Below, piece by piece: positions 1-8,916 of a stretch of DNA of 64,000 nucleotides. The notes below the pieces were generated by a model, which had not been told where the DNA came from, did no database searches, and worked only from the letters and a program-made list of their open reading frames with translations. The DNA lies in the NCBI GenBank assembly GCA_044226015.1, contig JBGAHS010000009.1, forward strand, positions 160,001 through 224,000, written 5' to 3'. How positions within the stretch are numbered: position 1 is the first letter of the stretch; each line of letters starts with the position of its first letter. Made by a program: the position numbers and the translations under genes. Source of the stretch: Candidatus Obscuribacteraceae bacterium. GTDB taxonomy: Bacteria > Cyanobacteriota > Vampirovibrionia > Obscuribacterales > Obscuribacteraceae.

Positions 1-19
1 GGAAACTCCGGGGATTGTC

Positions 20-1207
20 GTGCAACTTCAATTCTTGCAAGAAGAAGCAGAAAAGGGAAGGTCGCAAGCTCAATTTGAGCTTGCTGAGGCTCTCTACACC
101 GGAATGTCCGGCATACATGATATTCCCCAAGATTATGCTAAGGCTGCTGTCTGGTATGAGAAAGCGGCTAGAGCAGGGCACTCCGATGCTCAGTTCAAAC
201 TAGCACTCATGAAGTTTTTGGGGCGTGGTATTCCACAACAACTTGATGAAGCTGCTTCCTGGTTTCGCCGTGCCGGTGACGAAGGGCATTGCGAAGCGAT
301 GTTCAATTACGCTTTGATGTGTGAAAACGGATGTGGCAAACCTTCAAATCCACTGGAAGCTGCTGAATGGTACACGCGTGCTGCAGCGCTCGACCATGTG
401 GATTCGGCTTTCAACCTTGCGATGCTCTATCACCAGGGGCGCGGTGTAGAGAAGGATCTTCGTAAGGCAGAGCAGTTATATGGATTTGCCGCGGACCGTG
501 GGCACATTCAATCGCAGTTCAACCTGGCCCTGATGTATCATCAGGGAATTGGGGTGCCTCGCGACCCTCACCGTGCAGCTCAGCTCTACAAGCTCGCCGC
601 AGACCGTGGTTATGTTACTGCACAATGCAACCTGGCAATTATGCTTCATCAAGGTGAAGGCGTTAGCCCGAATGTGCTTGAAGCTTTTCAATACTATCTC
701 AAAGCAGCAGACAACGGGCACATTACTGCGCAGTACATTCTGGGACGAATGTATTCAACTGGAGAGGCTGTTACGCCAGACCATCGGCTTGCTGTGCGCT
801 GGTACTCTCGGGCGGCCGAGCAGGGTCATATGAAAGCGCAGTATGAACTGGCGATGAAGATATCGCGTGGTGAAGGCATCGAGAAAAATATGCAGCAGGT
901 CGCGAGTTGGCTGGGTAAGGCGGCTGACCAGGGATATTCTAAGGCGATATTTAGCCTCGCCATGCTTTTCCGAATTGGCGATGATATTGAGCCAAATTAT
1001 GCCTTCTCTATGGAGTGTTTTCTTCGTGCAGCACGTGAAGGTCACGCAGAGGCTCAATATTGGTTGGGTTATATGAATGAGAATGGCGAGGGAGTCGAGC
1101 CCAATAAGGCTGAAGCCGCCAAGTGGTATTCGAGAGCCGCAAAGACTGGCCACGAGAAAGCTCTGAAACGCCTGTCGTCGTTGTATGACGAACCTGTACT
1201 CGATTAG
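20..1207 (+). CDS. Sel1-like repeat (SLR) protein, possibly 5'-truncated by the window edge
   Basis: About ten 36-aa repeats of the type AQFNLALMYHQGIGVPRDPHRAAQLYKLAADRG. The frame is open back to the window start. Confidence 0.93.
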   Translation: MQLQFLQEEAEKGRSQAQFELAEALYTGMSGIHDIPQDYAKAAVWYEKAARAGHSDAQFKLALMKFLGRGIPQQLDEAASWFRRAGDEGHCEAMFNYALMCENGCGKPSNPLEAAEWYTRAAALDHVDSAFNLAMLYHQGRGVEKDLRKAEQLYGFAADRGHIQSQFNLALMYHQGIGVPRDPHRAAQLYKLAADRGYVTAQCNLAIMLHQGEGVSPNVLEAFQYYLKAADNGHITAQYILGRMYSTGEAVTPDHRLAVRWYSRAAEQGHMKAQYELAMKISRGEGIEKNMQQVASWLGKAADQGYSKAIFSLAMLFRIGDDIEPNYAFSMECFLRAAREGHAEAQYWLGYMNENGEGVEPNKAEAAKWYSRAAKTGHEKALKRLSSLYDEPVLD

Positions 1208-1303
1208 TGGTTGCCAAAGATTCTGTATAAATCAAAAAAGTAACGGCAAAGAAGACAAAAATCGCGGACAATTAGAAGAGCAAATCGCTGTCCGGGGGAA
1301 TCA

Positions 1304-1849
1304 ATGTCTCAGTCTTATACTTCGTTCGATACCGCACTTGGAACTTTAGCAATCGCATGGACGAACAGGGGCATTTGCGCTGTTCAGCTTGCAGAAGAAA
1401 GTAAGGAAAAGACAATACAACAGTTGCGGAAACGCTTTCCGAACGCACAAGAAGCTGAGCCTAGCATGATTGTGAAGCGAACAATTCATTTGCTAACGCA
1501 GCATTTGTCGGGTTCTGTGCAAGATTTCAGCGGCATTCCCTTAGATTTGGCTGGTCAGCAGCCATTCAGCCAGAAAGTCTATGAGGCAACCAGAGCTGTA
1601 AAAGCGGGTTCTGTTGCAAGTTATTCTGACATAGCGTTAAAAGTTGGCGCTCCAGACGCCAGTCGTGCTGTGGGACGGGCTCTTGGAACAAATCCTGTCC
1701 CTATAATCATTCCTTGCCATCGAATTATCGGAAAGAATGGTGCAATGACGGGCTTTTCAGCCTATGGAGCTTGTGATACAAAGATGAGATTGCTGTCCAT
1801 CGAGAAAGCATTGAGTTCTGACAAAGTGTCTATTGCTGGTCTCAGTTAG
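1304..1849 (+). CDS. ogt: Methylated-DNA--protein-cysteine S-methyltransferase
   Basis: Active-site IPCHRI motif, SRAVGRA helix-turn-helix and NPVP motif. Confidence 0.93.
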   Translation: MSQSYTSFDTALGTLAIAWTNRGICAVQLAEESKEKTIQQLRKRFPNAQEAEPSMIVKRTIHLLTQHLSGSVQDFSGIPLDLAGQQPFSQKVYEATRAVKAGSVASYSDIALKVGAPDASRAVGRALGTNPVPIIIPCHRIIGKNGAMTGFSAYGACDTKMRLLSIEKALSSDKVSIAGLS

Positions 1850-1873
1850 CATATAAATAAAGGAGCGTGCAAA

Positions 1874-2152
1874 ATGGAATGGCTCTGGTCCATTGGAATA
1901 ATCACTATGATTATTGTTGCTTTGCCCTGTCTTCTGGTGAGACCGCTGTTTCTGGCTATTGCAGACCGTATCGCCGGAAAGCAACATGGAGCCAAAGAAT
2001 TGCAAGACCTTAAGCTACGTATTGAAACTCTAGAGCATGAGCTGCGAACTGTTCGTGTTCAGGTAATAGGAATAGAAAATTCGCAAGAGTTTTCGACTAA
2101 GCTTCTTGAAGATTTGAAGGCTCAGAAAGCTAAGGAAGTTAAGCAGCCATAG
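1874..2152 (+). CDS. Small single-TM protein with C-terminal coiled coil (PspB-like architecture)
   Basis: SD AAGGAG upstream, hydrophobic N-terminus, heptad pattern ELQDLKLRIETLEHEL. Confidence 0.7.
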   Translation: MEWLWSIGIITMIIVALPCLLVRPLFLAIADRIAGKQHGAKELQDLKLRIETLEHELRTVRVQVIGIENSQEFSTKLLEDLKAQKAKEVKQP

Positions 2153-2163
2153 CAAATTTGAAG

Positions 2164-2247
2164 CTAAGGTTTGGGAGGGCTCTTTCCCTTTCCGTTTGGC
2201 AGAGTATTTTTTCTTTCTGCGTTGCTCAATTTGTAGACTTTGTCCAT
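2164..2247 (-). CDS. Putative 27-aa basic peptide MDKVYKLSNAERKNTLPNGKGKSPPKP
   Basis: Read by hand. SD AAGGAG lies 6 nt before the ATG. Below the ORF-track size cutoff. Confidence 0.3.
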   Translation of the reverse strand: MDKVYKLSNAERKNTLPNGKGKSPPKP

Positions 2248-2847
2248 TCGTATCTCCTTAGCTCGGTTTACAGTCCTAGTTCCGTGGATAGCTTTCAGTT
2301 CCCTTCAATAGCTTTCGGTCCATCTATATATGTAGGGGGGCTCCAATGGAATTGCGTGCGTGCGGCGTGTCCTTTTGACCGTCTGCGCTGACACTTGGCT
2401 GGCGATGGCTAGTCATTTGGAGCGAATCTGCCAAGAGTAAAATTAGTGTGCTATCGAACTATTTCCTGAGGTTTCATGCCTGGATCTTTTCTGCTAAGAA
2501 CATCAGAAATGCCTGGCTGCCATCGAAATTTATCGCTTGCAATCCCCAGTTCTCTGAGGTTTATGGCGAAACTCTCGACAATGCTCGATGGGCAGCATTT
2601 GACCAAGCACACAAGCAAAAAGTGGTTAATTCATAAGCATATTTTGACTAAAAAAAACAAAGACATTTAGTGCTTACATCTATTATTTACGGTAATTGGA
2701 GCAAAAATTTTTTTGCATTTAATTAAGTCGTATTTTCGTTGGTTTGGCTTCAGATCTACATCTTATTAAGGTTTCAACTCTGAAAAACACGATGCAAGAT
2801 GATAGCATTAGATGCTCAATGCCCACCACACACGAGGAATTCTACCA

Positions 2848-3060
2848 ATGGCCAATGCTGTTCTCGAAACAGAATCATCACTTGACCGCACAATGCTCAA
2901 TGAAATCGTTCATTGGGTAAAGACTCTGAAAGACGTCGGAGTTTCCCCTGATGTAGCAGCACAAGTAGCTACAAAGTTTTTCGTAGCAGCTTGCAACGCA
3001 GCTGAAGAAGAAGAAGAAACCTGGGAAGAATATTCTGACGAAGAAGACGACGAAGAATAA
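2848..3060 (+). CDS. Small hypothetical protein with highly acidic C-terminal tail
   Basis: SD GAGGA before ATG 2848, ends EEEEETWEEYSDEEDDEE, followed by a terminator-like hairpin. Confidence 0.75.
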   Translation: MANAVLETESSLDRTMLNEIVHWVKTLKDVGVSPDVAAQVATKFFVAACNAAEEEEETWEEYSDEEDDEE

Positions 3061-3085
3061 GTTTTAGACAAATAAATATCTATTG

Positions 3086-3113
3086 AAAAGCGAAGGGGTG
3101 ACCCTTCGCTTTT
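3086..3113 (+). terminator. Intrinsic terminator-like hairpin
   Basis: AAAAGCGAAGGG-gtga-CCCTTCGCTTTT just after the stop at 3060. Confidence 0.75.
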
Positions 3114-3299
3114 GCTATGCCGATTTTGTTGTGGCTCAAAATGCACGCAAATTCGAGCTTTTTCAGAATTTATCTTTTTTCTTGGGAAAAAATTGAACTT
3201 TTTGGACCTGTTTTACGTTTATGTAGGTAGAAGACCAAAACGCGGCCGCGAGAAATTTGGCAGATCATGTTACTTAACCCAAGCAAGGAACCTATTTAT

Positions 3300-3959
3300 A
3301 TGAAAAGACTTTTTGCCATAATCTCACTTGCCAGTACTCTCTCAATTCCTGTTTATGCTCAAGGAATATCTGATACTGCCTATGGTGGCGATAATTCTAG
3401 CGAAGAATTCAGAGTGACTCCATCAGAGGAACTTGCGTTCGCTCCGGAATACAGCCCTCAAGGTGCGGATATGGCTGTAGGAATTGCGAGCCCTGTTGGT
3501 GGTGCGCAACTCGCGTTGACTGATGAGCAATTGGAAAAAATTGCTAAAGTGAAAACGTCTCTGGCTGATGCAACCGGACCTAAGAAGTTACAGCTGAAGA
3601 CTCTTCATCGCCAGTTGAAAGATTCTCTTACTAAAGAGAACGTCGATAAGTCCTCAATTATGAGTCTCCAATCGCAAATAAATAGTTTGCGCGACGAGCT
3701 TTCCAATGCGAAGTTAAGTGCACGACTGGATACGCTTGCTGTACTCACACCTGAGCAGAAAGCAAAATTGAGACATGCAGCTCTGCAAAGACAAGCTATG
3801 GGTGCTATGGGCGGACGCAGAGGTATGGGAGGAAAGCATCATCGTGGTCATGGTGGTCAGCATGGATTCAAAGGCGGTCATCATGGACGCGGTCCTGCTG
3901 GTGCTGCTCCGAATGATGATAAAGCAATGGAAGAGTCGAACGCTGATTCTGCCGTCTAG
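3300..3959 (+). CDS. Spy/CpxP-family periplasmic protein with Gly/His-rich tail
   Basis: Signal peptide MKRLFAIISLASTLSIPVYA and two LTxxQ motifs (LTDEQ, LTPEQ) flanking a helical hairpin. Confidence 0.85.
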   Translation: MKRLFAIISLASTLSIPVYAQGISDTAYGGDNSSEEFRVTPSEELAFAPEYSPQGADMAVGIASPVGGAQLALTDEQLEKIAKVKTSLADATGPKKLQLKTLHRQLKDSLTKENVDKSSIMSLQSQINSLRDELSNAKLSARLDTLAVLTPEQKAKLRHAALQRQAMGAMGGRRGMGGKHHRGHGGQHGFKGGHHGRGPAGAAPNDDKAMEESNADSAV

Positions 3960-3995
3960 AAATCAACACAATAGATTTAGTTGGAACCCAAACAA

Positions 3996-4026
3996 GGAGA
4001 GAGCGAAAGCTCTCTTCTATGTTGTT
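3996..4026 (+). terminator. Terminator-like hairpin
   Basis: GGAGAGAGC-gaaa-GCTCTCTTC followed by a T-rich run, between convergent genes. Confidence 0.55.
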
Positions 4027-4148
4027 TAAAACATCAGTATCTTGCTTCAGCTGACAATAAGATTGACCGTCAATCCCTGGCATCCAAGAGGATCTAGAAT
4101 TCTGATCTCTGTACGCTGTGTGTTGCGTTTAAAGTCGGATCCTATAAA

Positions 4149-4183
4149 TCTGGGGGCGCCGCTATCCTGGCGGCATCGGGATC
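4149..4183 (+). repeat. REP-like extragenic palindrome, copy 1
   Basis: TCTGGGGGCGCCGCTATCCTGGCGGCATCGGGATC, similar to the reverse complement of 35471-35502. Confidence 0.5.
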
Positions 4184-4194
4184 AAATTGGTGGT

Positions 4195-4479
4195 CTACTT
4201 TACGTCTGACTGTACATCATTTTTTGTAATGGCTGATTGAATGGTCGGACTCATAAAAATTCCTCCAAACATTAGCGCTGAGGCAAGTAAACCAAGTAAG
4301 AATGGCTTAGCTGCACGGTTCCAATTCATGCAGACATACACAATTGCAGCGAAGGGCAAAAAGATATAAGCCAAACCCCACAGTACGTGTTTTTGGAACG
4401 CTGTTACTAGAAGCCATATGCCAAAAACGAATGTGCCCAGAGCGCCCAGTCCGAAAAGTATCAATCCCAATATATCCAT
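4195..4479 (-). CDS. Small three-TM membrane protein
   Basis: Three hydrophobic segments with AFQKHVLWGL and NWNRAAKPF motifs. SD GAGGA precedes ATG 4479. Confidence 0.8.
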   Translation of the reverse strand: MDILGLILFGLGALGTFVFGIWLLVTAFQKHVLWGLAYIFLPFAAIVYVCMNWNRAAKPFLLGLLASALMFGGIFMSPTIQSAITKNDVQSDVK

Positions 4480-4584
4480 GTGGAGTTCCTCGTGGGTAGA
4501 CTTTCCCATTCTACCGCGCCTAATTCGTGCGTGGGAATTTTGGAATTTCGAGTGCTTGCAGGACTCCTCTCGGGAACTCCTCGA

Positions 4585-5364
4585 TTATGTTTCAGCGGAT
4601 GCGTCTTTATTCAATGAAGAATAGCCGTAAAACAAGTAACCGAGCGAAATCGGAATAGTGATTATTGGCCACAAAACAGGCATTGCGAAGAGCAAGTAGA
4701 ACACTGCCGAAAGAACAATCGTCGGCGTTATTGCCACTGTGCTCATTCGGACTGCGGTTTTGTATCCGAGCTTTCGTGGATCCATAACCATTCCAACTAT
4801 GGCGTAAAATAGGACTAAAAGAACATGGAAAAACCAGGCTAGTAATGCGTAAGGCACGATTCCGATTAGCAGAATCATTTGAGCCATCTGTTGCAACATT
4901 GGTTTGAACGTGGCTGTCACCAGGTCAACGCTAGTTCCACTCAGAAGCGATGCCCAGGTAATTGTTTCATCCTGGCTGGAAAACTGTATCGACTCGGCTG
5001 TGAGTAAAGCACTTGCTGATTCGGGTACAGATTTTGTTTGTCCTGTTGTATCAATCAAAATTTGAGTTTCTTGCCCTGTTTGAGGATTTTTGAAATTCCA
5101 ATAGTAAGGACAGGGCTTATTTATGCTCAGTTTGTCATTTGCAAAATGCATGTCGGGCATTTTTTCAATAATCGCGGCAAATTTCGGATCATCTATGGCA
5201 GCACAGAGGTGAAAATATGCGCTGGTCACGCTCATTGCATTTGCAACGAAGACTGCGACCAGAAGGTAGAGAAGACCCATGCCTTTGCCTTCAAGAGCCG
5301 TTGCTCGATAAAAGTCCTTGGAGAAAAACGAGAGGGCTGGTGCCTTGAAAATCGAATATGCCAT
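4585..5364 (-). CDS. Membrane protein, DUF1189-like
   Basis: SFFSKDFYR N-terminus, a TM helix, a soluble loop and several C-terminal TMs. SD AGGAG precedes ATG 5364; the longer ORF start overlaps the upstream gene. Confidence 0.7.
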   Translation of the reverse strand: MAYSIFKAPALSFFSKDFYRATALEGKGMGLLYLLVAVFVANAMSVTSAYFHLCAAIDDPKFAAIIEKMPDMHFANDKLSINKPCPYYWNFKNPQTGQETQILIDTTGQTKSVPESASALLTAESIQFSSQDETITWASLLSGTSVDLVTATFKPMLQQMAQMILLIGIVPYALLAWFFHVLLVLFYAIVGMVMDPRKLGYKTAVRMSTVAITPTIVLSAVFYLLFAMPVLWPIITIPISLGYLFYGYSSLNKDASAET

Positions 5365-5372
5365 TTGTTCTC

Positions 5373-6776
5373 CTAAAGATTCTGCATTTTTACAAGGAGG
5401 TCCATCAAGTAGTTTCCGAGTAGCATTATGCCTGCCACCGAATCTGGTGACTCTGAAAATTCTGAGGTGGCTCCTCTCATGTCGAGGCACGGACTGTCCA
5501 TATGAACACGAAGGCTGCTCAGAGCTGGAAAAATCTTGCATGCTTTTGCCAGAGCTTCTTGCAGAACCAGGCGTACTTCTGCTTTTCCATAAAGAGAGCC
5601 CAGGTTAGTGGATATTGCGTTGAGTGAATTTATTGCTTTCACCAGCTCAAACGATTTATCAGTGGTCAACGTAAGACTTTGTTTTGACACCGGTGTGTTG
5701 CCCGAAGTCCGCTTCATCAACTCTTGTAAATTGGGTTTGCTGAAGCTACCTGTCAATCGCTTCATTTCCTCGGTGGCTTTGCGCCCCTCTTCTTTTCGGC
5801 ACCACTTCAAGTTCAATATCTCATCAAGAAGCGTCATGATCGAATAACGATCATATGGCAGCTGTTTGCAAATTGATTCTGTATTGCTGCCCATTTCGAT
5901 GAGTGTCCAAAGTGAGCGGAACATATCCTTTCTGTCGTTTCCGAAAGCTGTTGGATCAGGAACAGTTTTTAACTGAAGATAAATTGAGTTTGGCCATCCC
6001 ACGCTATTCATGAGCTTGGGTAATTCGTCTGCTCGTCGCGCACCTTCGATCAAAAGCATATGCGGTGGGCGTCTATTCAAGTTTTGGTCTACTTCTGCGT
6101 CTGTGGTTTCAACCTGGTCAAAAGTGAAGTCTAGTGGTTCAGAGCTATTCATCAATTCATAGAGAGCGGCTTCGCCTCGTAAATGATCAAAACTAGCTGC
6201 TGCAATTTGTGATTTCGCAAGAATCATTTTGCCTACGGTTTTTCCGCCGCGACCGTACAAGGACAAAACACCATTTTGGCGCGAAGCGATTACTGTTTGA
6301 ATAACGGTTGGAAGGTCAAAAAATGCAAGGTTGCCTTGCAGTCCTGGCGGTTTGAAGGTGTTTGTGCCAGCAGACCGCTTCTCGATCATGTCTGAAATCT
6401 TTGAAGTGATTGCCGGAAATTTGCGGGTGACTTCTTTTAATGCTGCTGCTGGCAGAAATAAAACAACCGCTTCTTCCGGCACTCTTATAGTTGCAGTGCG
6501 AGGCGTTTCTTGCACAATAGCCATTTCGCCAAAACACTCACCAGCAGTCAAGTATGCGATGACTTTGCCCCCACGCAAAACTGCAACGTTGCCGCTTTTA
6601 ACAACATAAAGTCCATCGGGATCATCTCCCTCTCTGAAAATGATTTGACCGGGACCACAGACAATTTCTGCGAAAAGAACGCTCAAACTCTCAAGCACAG
6701 TCGGGTCAATCACCTGGAAAATAGACTGATGCTTGAGGAACTCTGCAACCTCAAGATTCTTTTCAGTCAACGCCAT
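5373..6776 (-). CDS. Cyclic-nucleotide-binding domain fused to DUF4388 (PatA-N-like) domain
   Basis: cNMP motifs IIFREGD..DGLYVVKSG and FGEMAI....PRTATI. DUF4388 motifs LQGNLAFFDLPTVIQ...GVL and LLIEGARRADE. Confidence 0.88.
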   Translation of the reverse strand: MALTEKNLEVAEFLKHQSIFQVIDPTVLESLSVLFAEIVCGPGQIIFREGDDPDGLYVVKSGNVAVLRGGKVIAYLTAGECFGEMAIVQETPRTATIRVPEEAVVLFLPAAALKEVTRKFPAITSKISDMIEKRSAGTNTFKPPGLQGNLAFFDLPTVIQTVIASRQNGVLSLYGRGGKTVGKMILAKSQIAAASFDHLRGEAALYELMNSSEPLDFTFDQVETTDAEVDQNLNRRPPHMLLIEGARRADELPKLMNSVGWPNSIYLQLKTVPDPTAFGNDRKDMFRSLWTLIEMGSNTESICKQLPYDRYSIMTLLDEILNLKWCRKEEGRKATEEMKRLTGSFSKPNLQELMKRTSGNTPVSKQSLTLTTDKSFELVKAINSLNAISTNLGSLYGKAEVRLVLQEALAKACKIFPALSSLRVHMDSPCLDMRGATSEFSESPDSVAGIMLLGNYLMDLLVKMQNL

Positions 6777-6797
6777 AGTAAATTCCTTTCTTTCTAA

Positions 6798-8744
6798 TCA
6801 GGAGTTAGCGCTTCGGATTTCTTTTGCCTTCGTTTCCAATTTGTCGGCTTCGTCATTCTTTTCGACTTTGCGTAAGGCACTGGCATATCGCTCGAGTGCT
6901 CCAGCCACCTCAGGATGGTCTGGTCCAAAATTGTCCTGATAAATTTCGAGCGATAATTCGTATTGCGATTCCGCGCTTTGCAGATCTCCGCGTTTGTCGT
7001 AGACTTTGCCAAGTTTGTCGAGCAACTTCGCGACTTCCATCGGTTGCTTTTCGCCGCCTTTGTGCTTTATTCGCACCAATCGCACGTAGTACGGAACAGA
7101 ATCTTCCGAGCGTCCAAGTTGTGCATAAATATCGGCTGCTCGTTCAAGAAGGCTTATCAATTTCGGGCTGTCTTTCCCGTATAGTTTCTCTTTGATCGAC
7201 AGTGCAGAGCGGAAAAACATTTCTGCTTGCTCGTGATTACTCTGGCGTCCTTTAATATCAGCCAACATCTCGAGAGTAGTTGCTACATCTATGTGGTCAG
7301 CACCGAGTCCTTGCTGCTGAATTTCGAGCGTTCTCCAGATGTAGCCCTCACATTCGCTGAGCTTATTCTGTTTGTTGAATAGTTCAGCTAGCTTATAGAG
7401 GCAAGATGCAACTTCAACATCCTTAGGTCCGAAAAACTTTTCCAGAATGCCTACAGCACGTTTGTAATTGAGTTCAGCTTCTGCGTAGCGTTTCTGACTG
7501 AGATAGTTGTCACCTAATCGCATACATATGATCGCAACGCCGCAGTGATTCGTTCCCAGAGTTCTTTCTGCCGTAATTAGAGAATCGGCTTCGCTGATAA
7601 GTGTTTTCAGCTCTGTTGTACTTAGCTTTCCAGGTTGCCATCCTATGTACTCTAATGCTTCGTCTAATTGGATGTTCTGTTTAGCGCAGATTCGAAGTGC
7701 TTTTATCGCAAGTTCTGCCGGAACTACGCCATCTCCGATTAGCAATTGTGCTTGAAGACCTGCACGTACTACTTCGGGGTCTATAGTCTCTAAAGTAAGC
7801 AAATACTGACCCAACGGTATGCCCGATCTTTGCGCTTCATTGGCTGCTGCCTGAAGTTCCTTCTGCGTGATGAGCCCCGCCTCTTCAAGAATATCGCCAA
7901 TTCGTTTTTTCTCGGACTTCTTGCCTTGTTTGCTCCAGAATGATGCCATCTGGCGTAATTGGTCAACCATATCAGGATGGTCAGGTCCAAAAGTCTTCTC
8001 CTTTACCCGAAGTGACGACAGATAAAATTGCTCGGCTTCCACGAATCTTCCGCGGTTTTCCAAAATGCGTGCCATCCGCTGGAACGCTTGAGCCGTGTCG
8101 ATGTGCTCGGGCCCAAGCATTTCTTGTGATATTTGAATCAATCTCCAGCCGTGTGGCTCAGCATCGGCAAACTTCTTTTGAAGCAAGTTGAGGTCAATCA
8201 ACTTCGTGAGACATGTGGTCAGCTTGAGATTGGTTTTGCCGTACGAAGTCTCTGTTATCAGGAGCGCTCGTTTGTATTGCTTCTCCGCCTCTTCATCCTG
8301 GGCCAGCTGCAAATGAACGTCACCAAGCTCCATGCAGAGTGTCGCAATCTCGCGGTGTTGTGGTCCATGAGTTTTTTCGTGTTCGACTATTTGTTCCTGT
8401 AGTTTAATGATGCGATTTTTCTTGTAATCGAGCGAACTCTGCTCGATTTCTTTGACGCGGTCGATTGCATCTTCAAAATCAAGTTTTTCGAGGGAAGCTT
8501 GCTTCAGGGCAGCTACCGCTAGCTCTTCGTCGATTTGACCGCTGTCAAGCATGTTCTGTGCCTGCAGCGCATTAGTAAGGTCTTCAGGCGACATAAATCT
8601 GAGCATCACCAACATTTCGCCGAGTCGCAGCTGGAATTTATCAGCCTCTGCGAGTCCGGCAGGCAAGTGCTCTGGTTTGATTACTCCAGCCTTTAGAAGT
8701 AAGTCACCAATTCGTTTTCTAGAATTTGTTCGAGTTTCGGTCAT
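6798..8744 (-). CDS. Tandem (MshEN-like c-di-GMP-binding domain + TPR array) x2 protein
   Basis: RIGDLLLKAGVI...RLGEMLV and RIGDILEEAGLI...PLGQYLL motifs, plus kinesin-light-chain-type TPRs (LGPEHIDTA, FGPDHPEVA). Confidence 0.85.
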   Translation of the reverse strand: MTETRTNSRKRIGDLLLKAGVIKPEHLPAGLAEADKFQLRLGEMLVMLRFMSPEDLTNALQAQNMLDSGQIDEELAVAALKQASLEKLDFEDAIDRVKEIEQSSLDYKKNRIIKLQEQIVEHEKTHGPQHREIATLCMELGDVHLQLAQDEEAEKQYKRALLITETSYGKTNLKLTTCLTKLIDLNLLQKKFADAEPHGWRLIQISQEMLGPEHIDTAQAFQRMARILENRGRFVEAEQFYLSSLRVKEKTFGPDHPDMVDQLRQMASFWSKQGKKSEKKRIGDILEEAGLITQKELQAAANEAQRSGIPLGQYLLTLETIDPEVVRAGLQAQLLIGDGVVPAELAIKALRICAKQNIQLDEALEYIGWQPGKLSTTELKTLISEADSLITAERTLGTNHCGVAIICMRLGDNYLSQKRYAEAELNYKRAVGILEKFFGPKDVEVASCLYKLAELFNKQNKLSECEGYIWRTLEIQQQGLGADHIDVATTLEMLADIKGRQSNHEQAEMFFRSALSIKEKLYGKDSPKLISLLERAADIYAQLGRSEDSVPYYVRLVRIKHKGGEKQPMEVAKLLDKLGKVYDKRGDLQSAESQYELSLEIYQDNFGPDHPEVAGALERYASALRKVEKNDEADKLETKAKEIRSANS

Positions 8745-8916
8745 TATTCCTGGTGTGCTAACGCTATACGTTTGAGCGTTCCCCAAAAGCGCTACCTGTT
8801 ATCTTCTACCACGCCCCTATCATTTATAGGCAAACATTCGTGCTCTGTGAAACAAATTCCCCTCTTGACGGGAGAAATCCTATATAACTAGGTTTCGAAC
8901 TTTTGGAGTACTTGGC

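Noticed and set aside
2158..2670. Short plus-strand ORFs 2158-2391, 2448-2636 and 2476-2670
   Set aside because: No clear SD or homology signal, so I cannot support them as genes.
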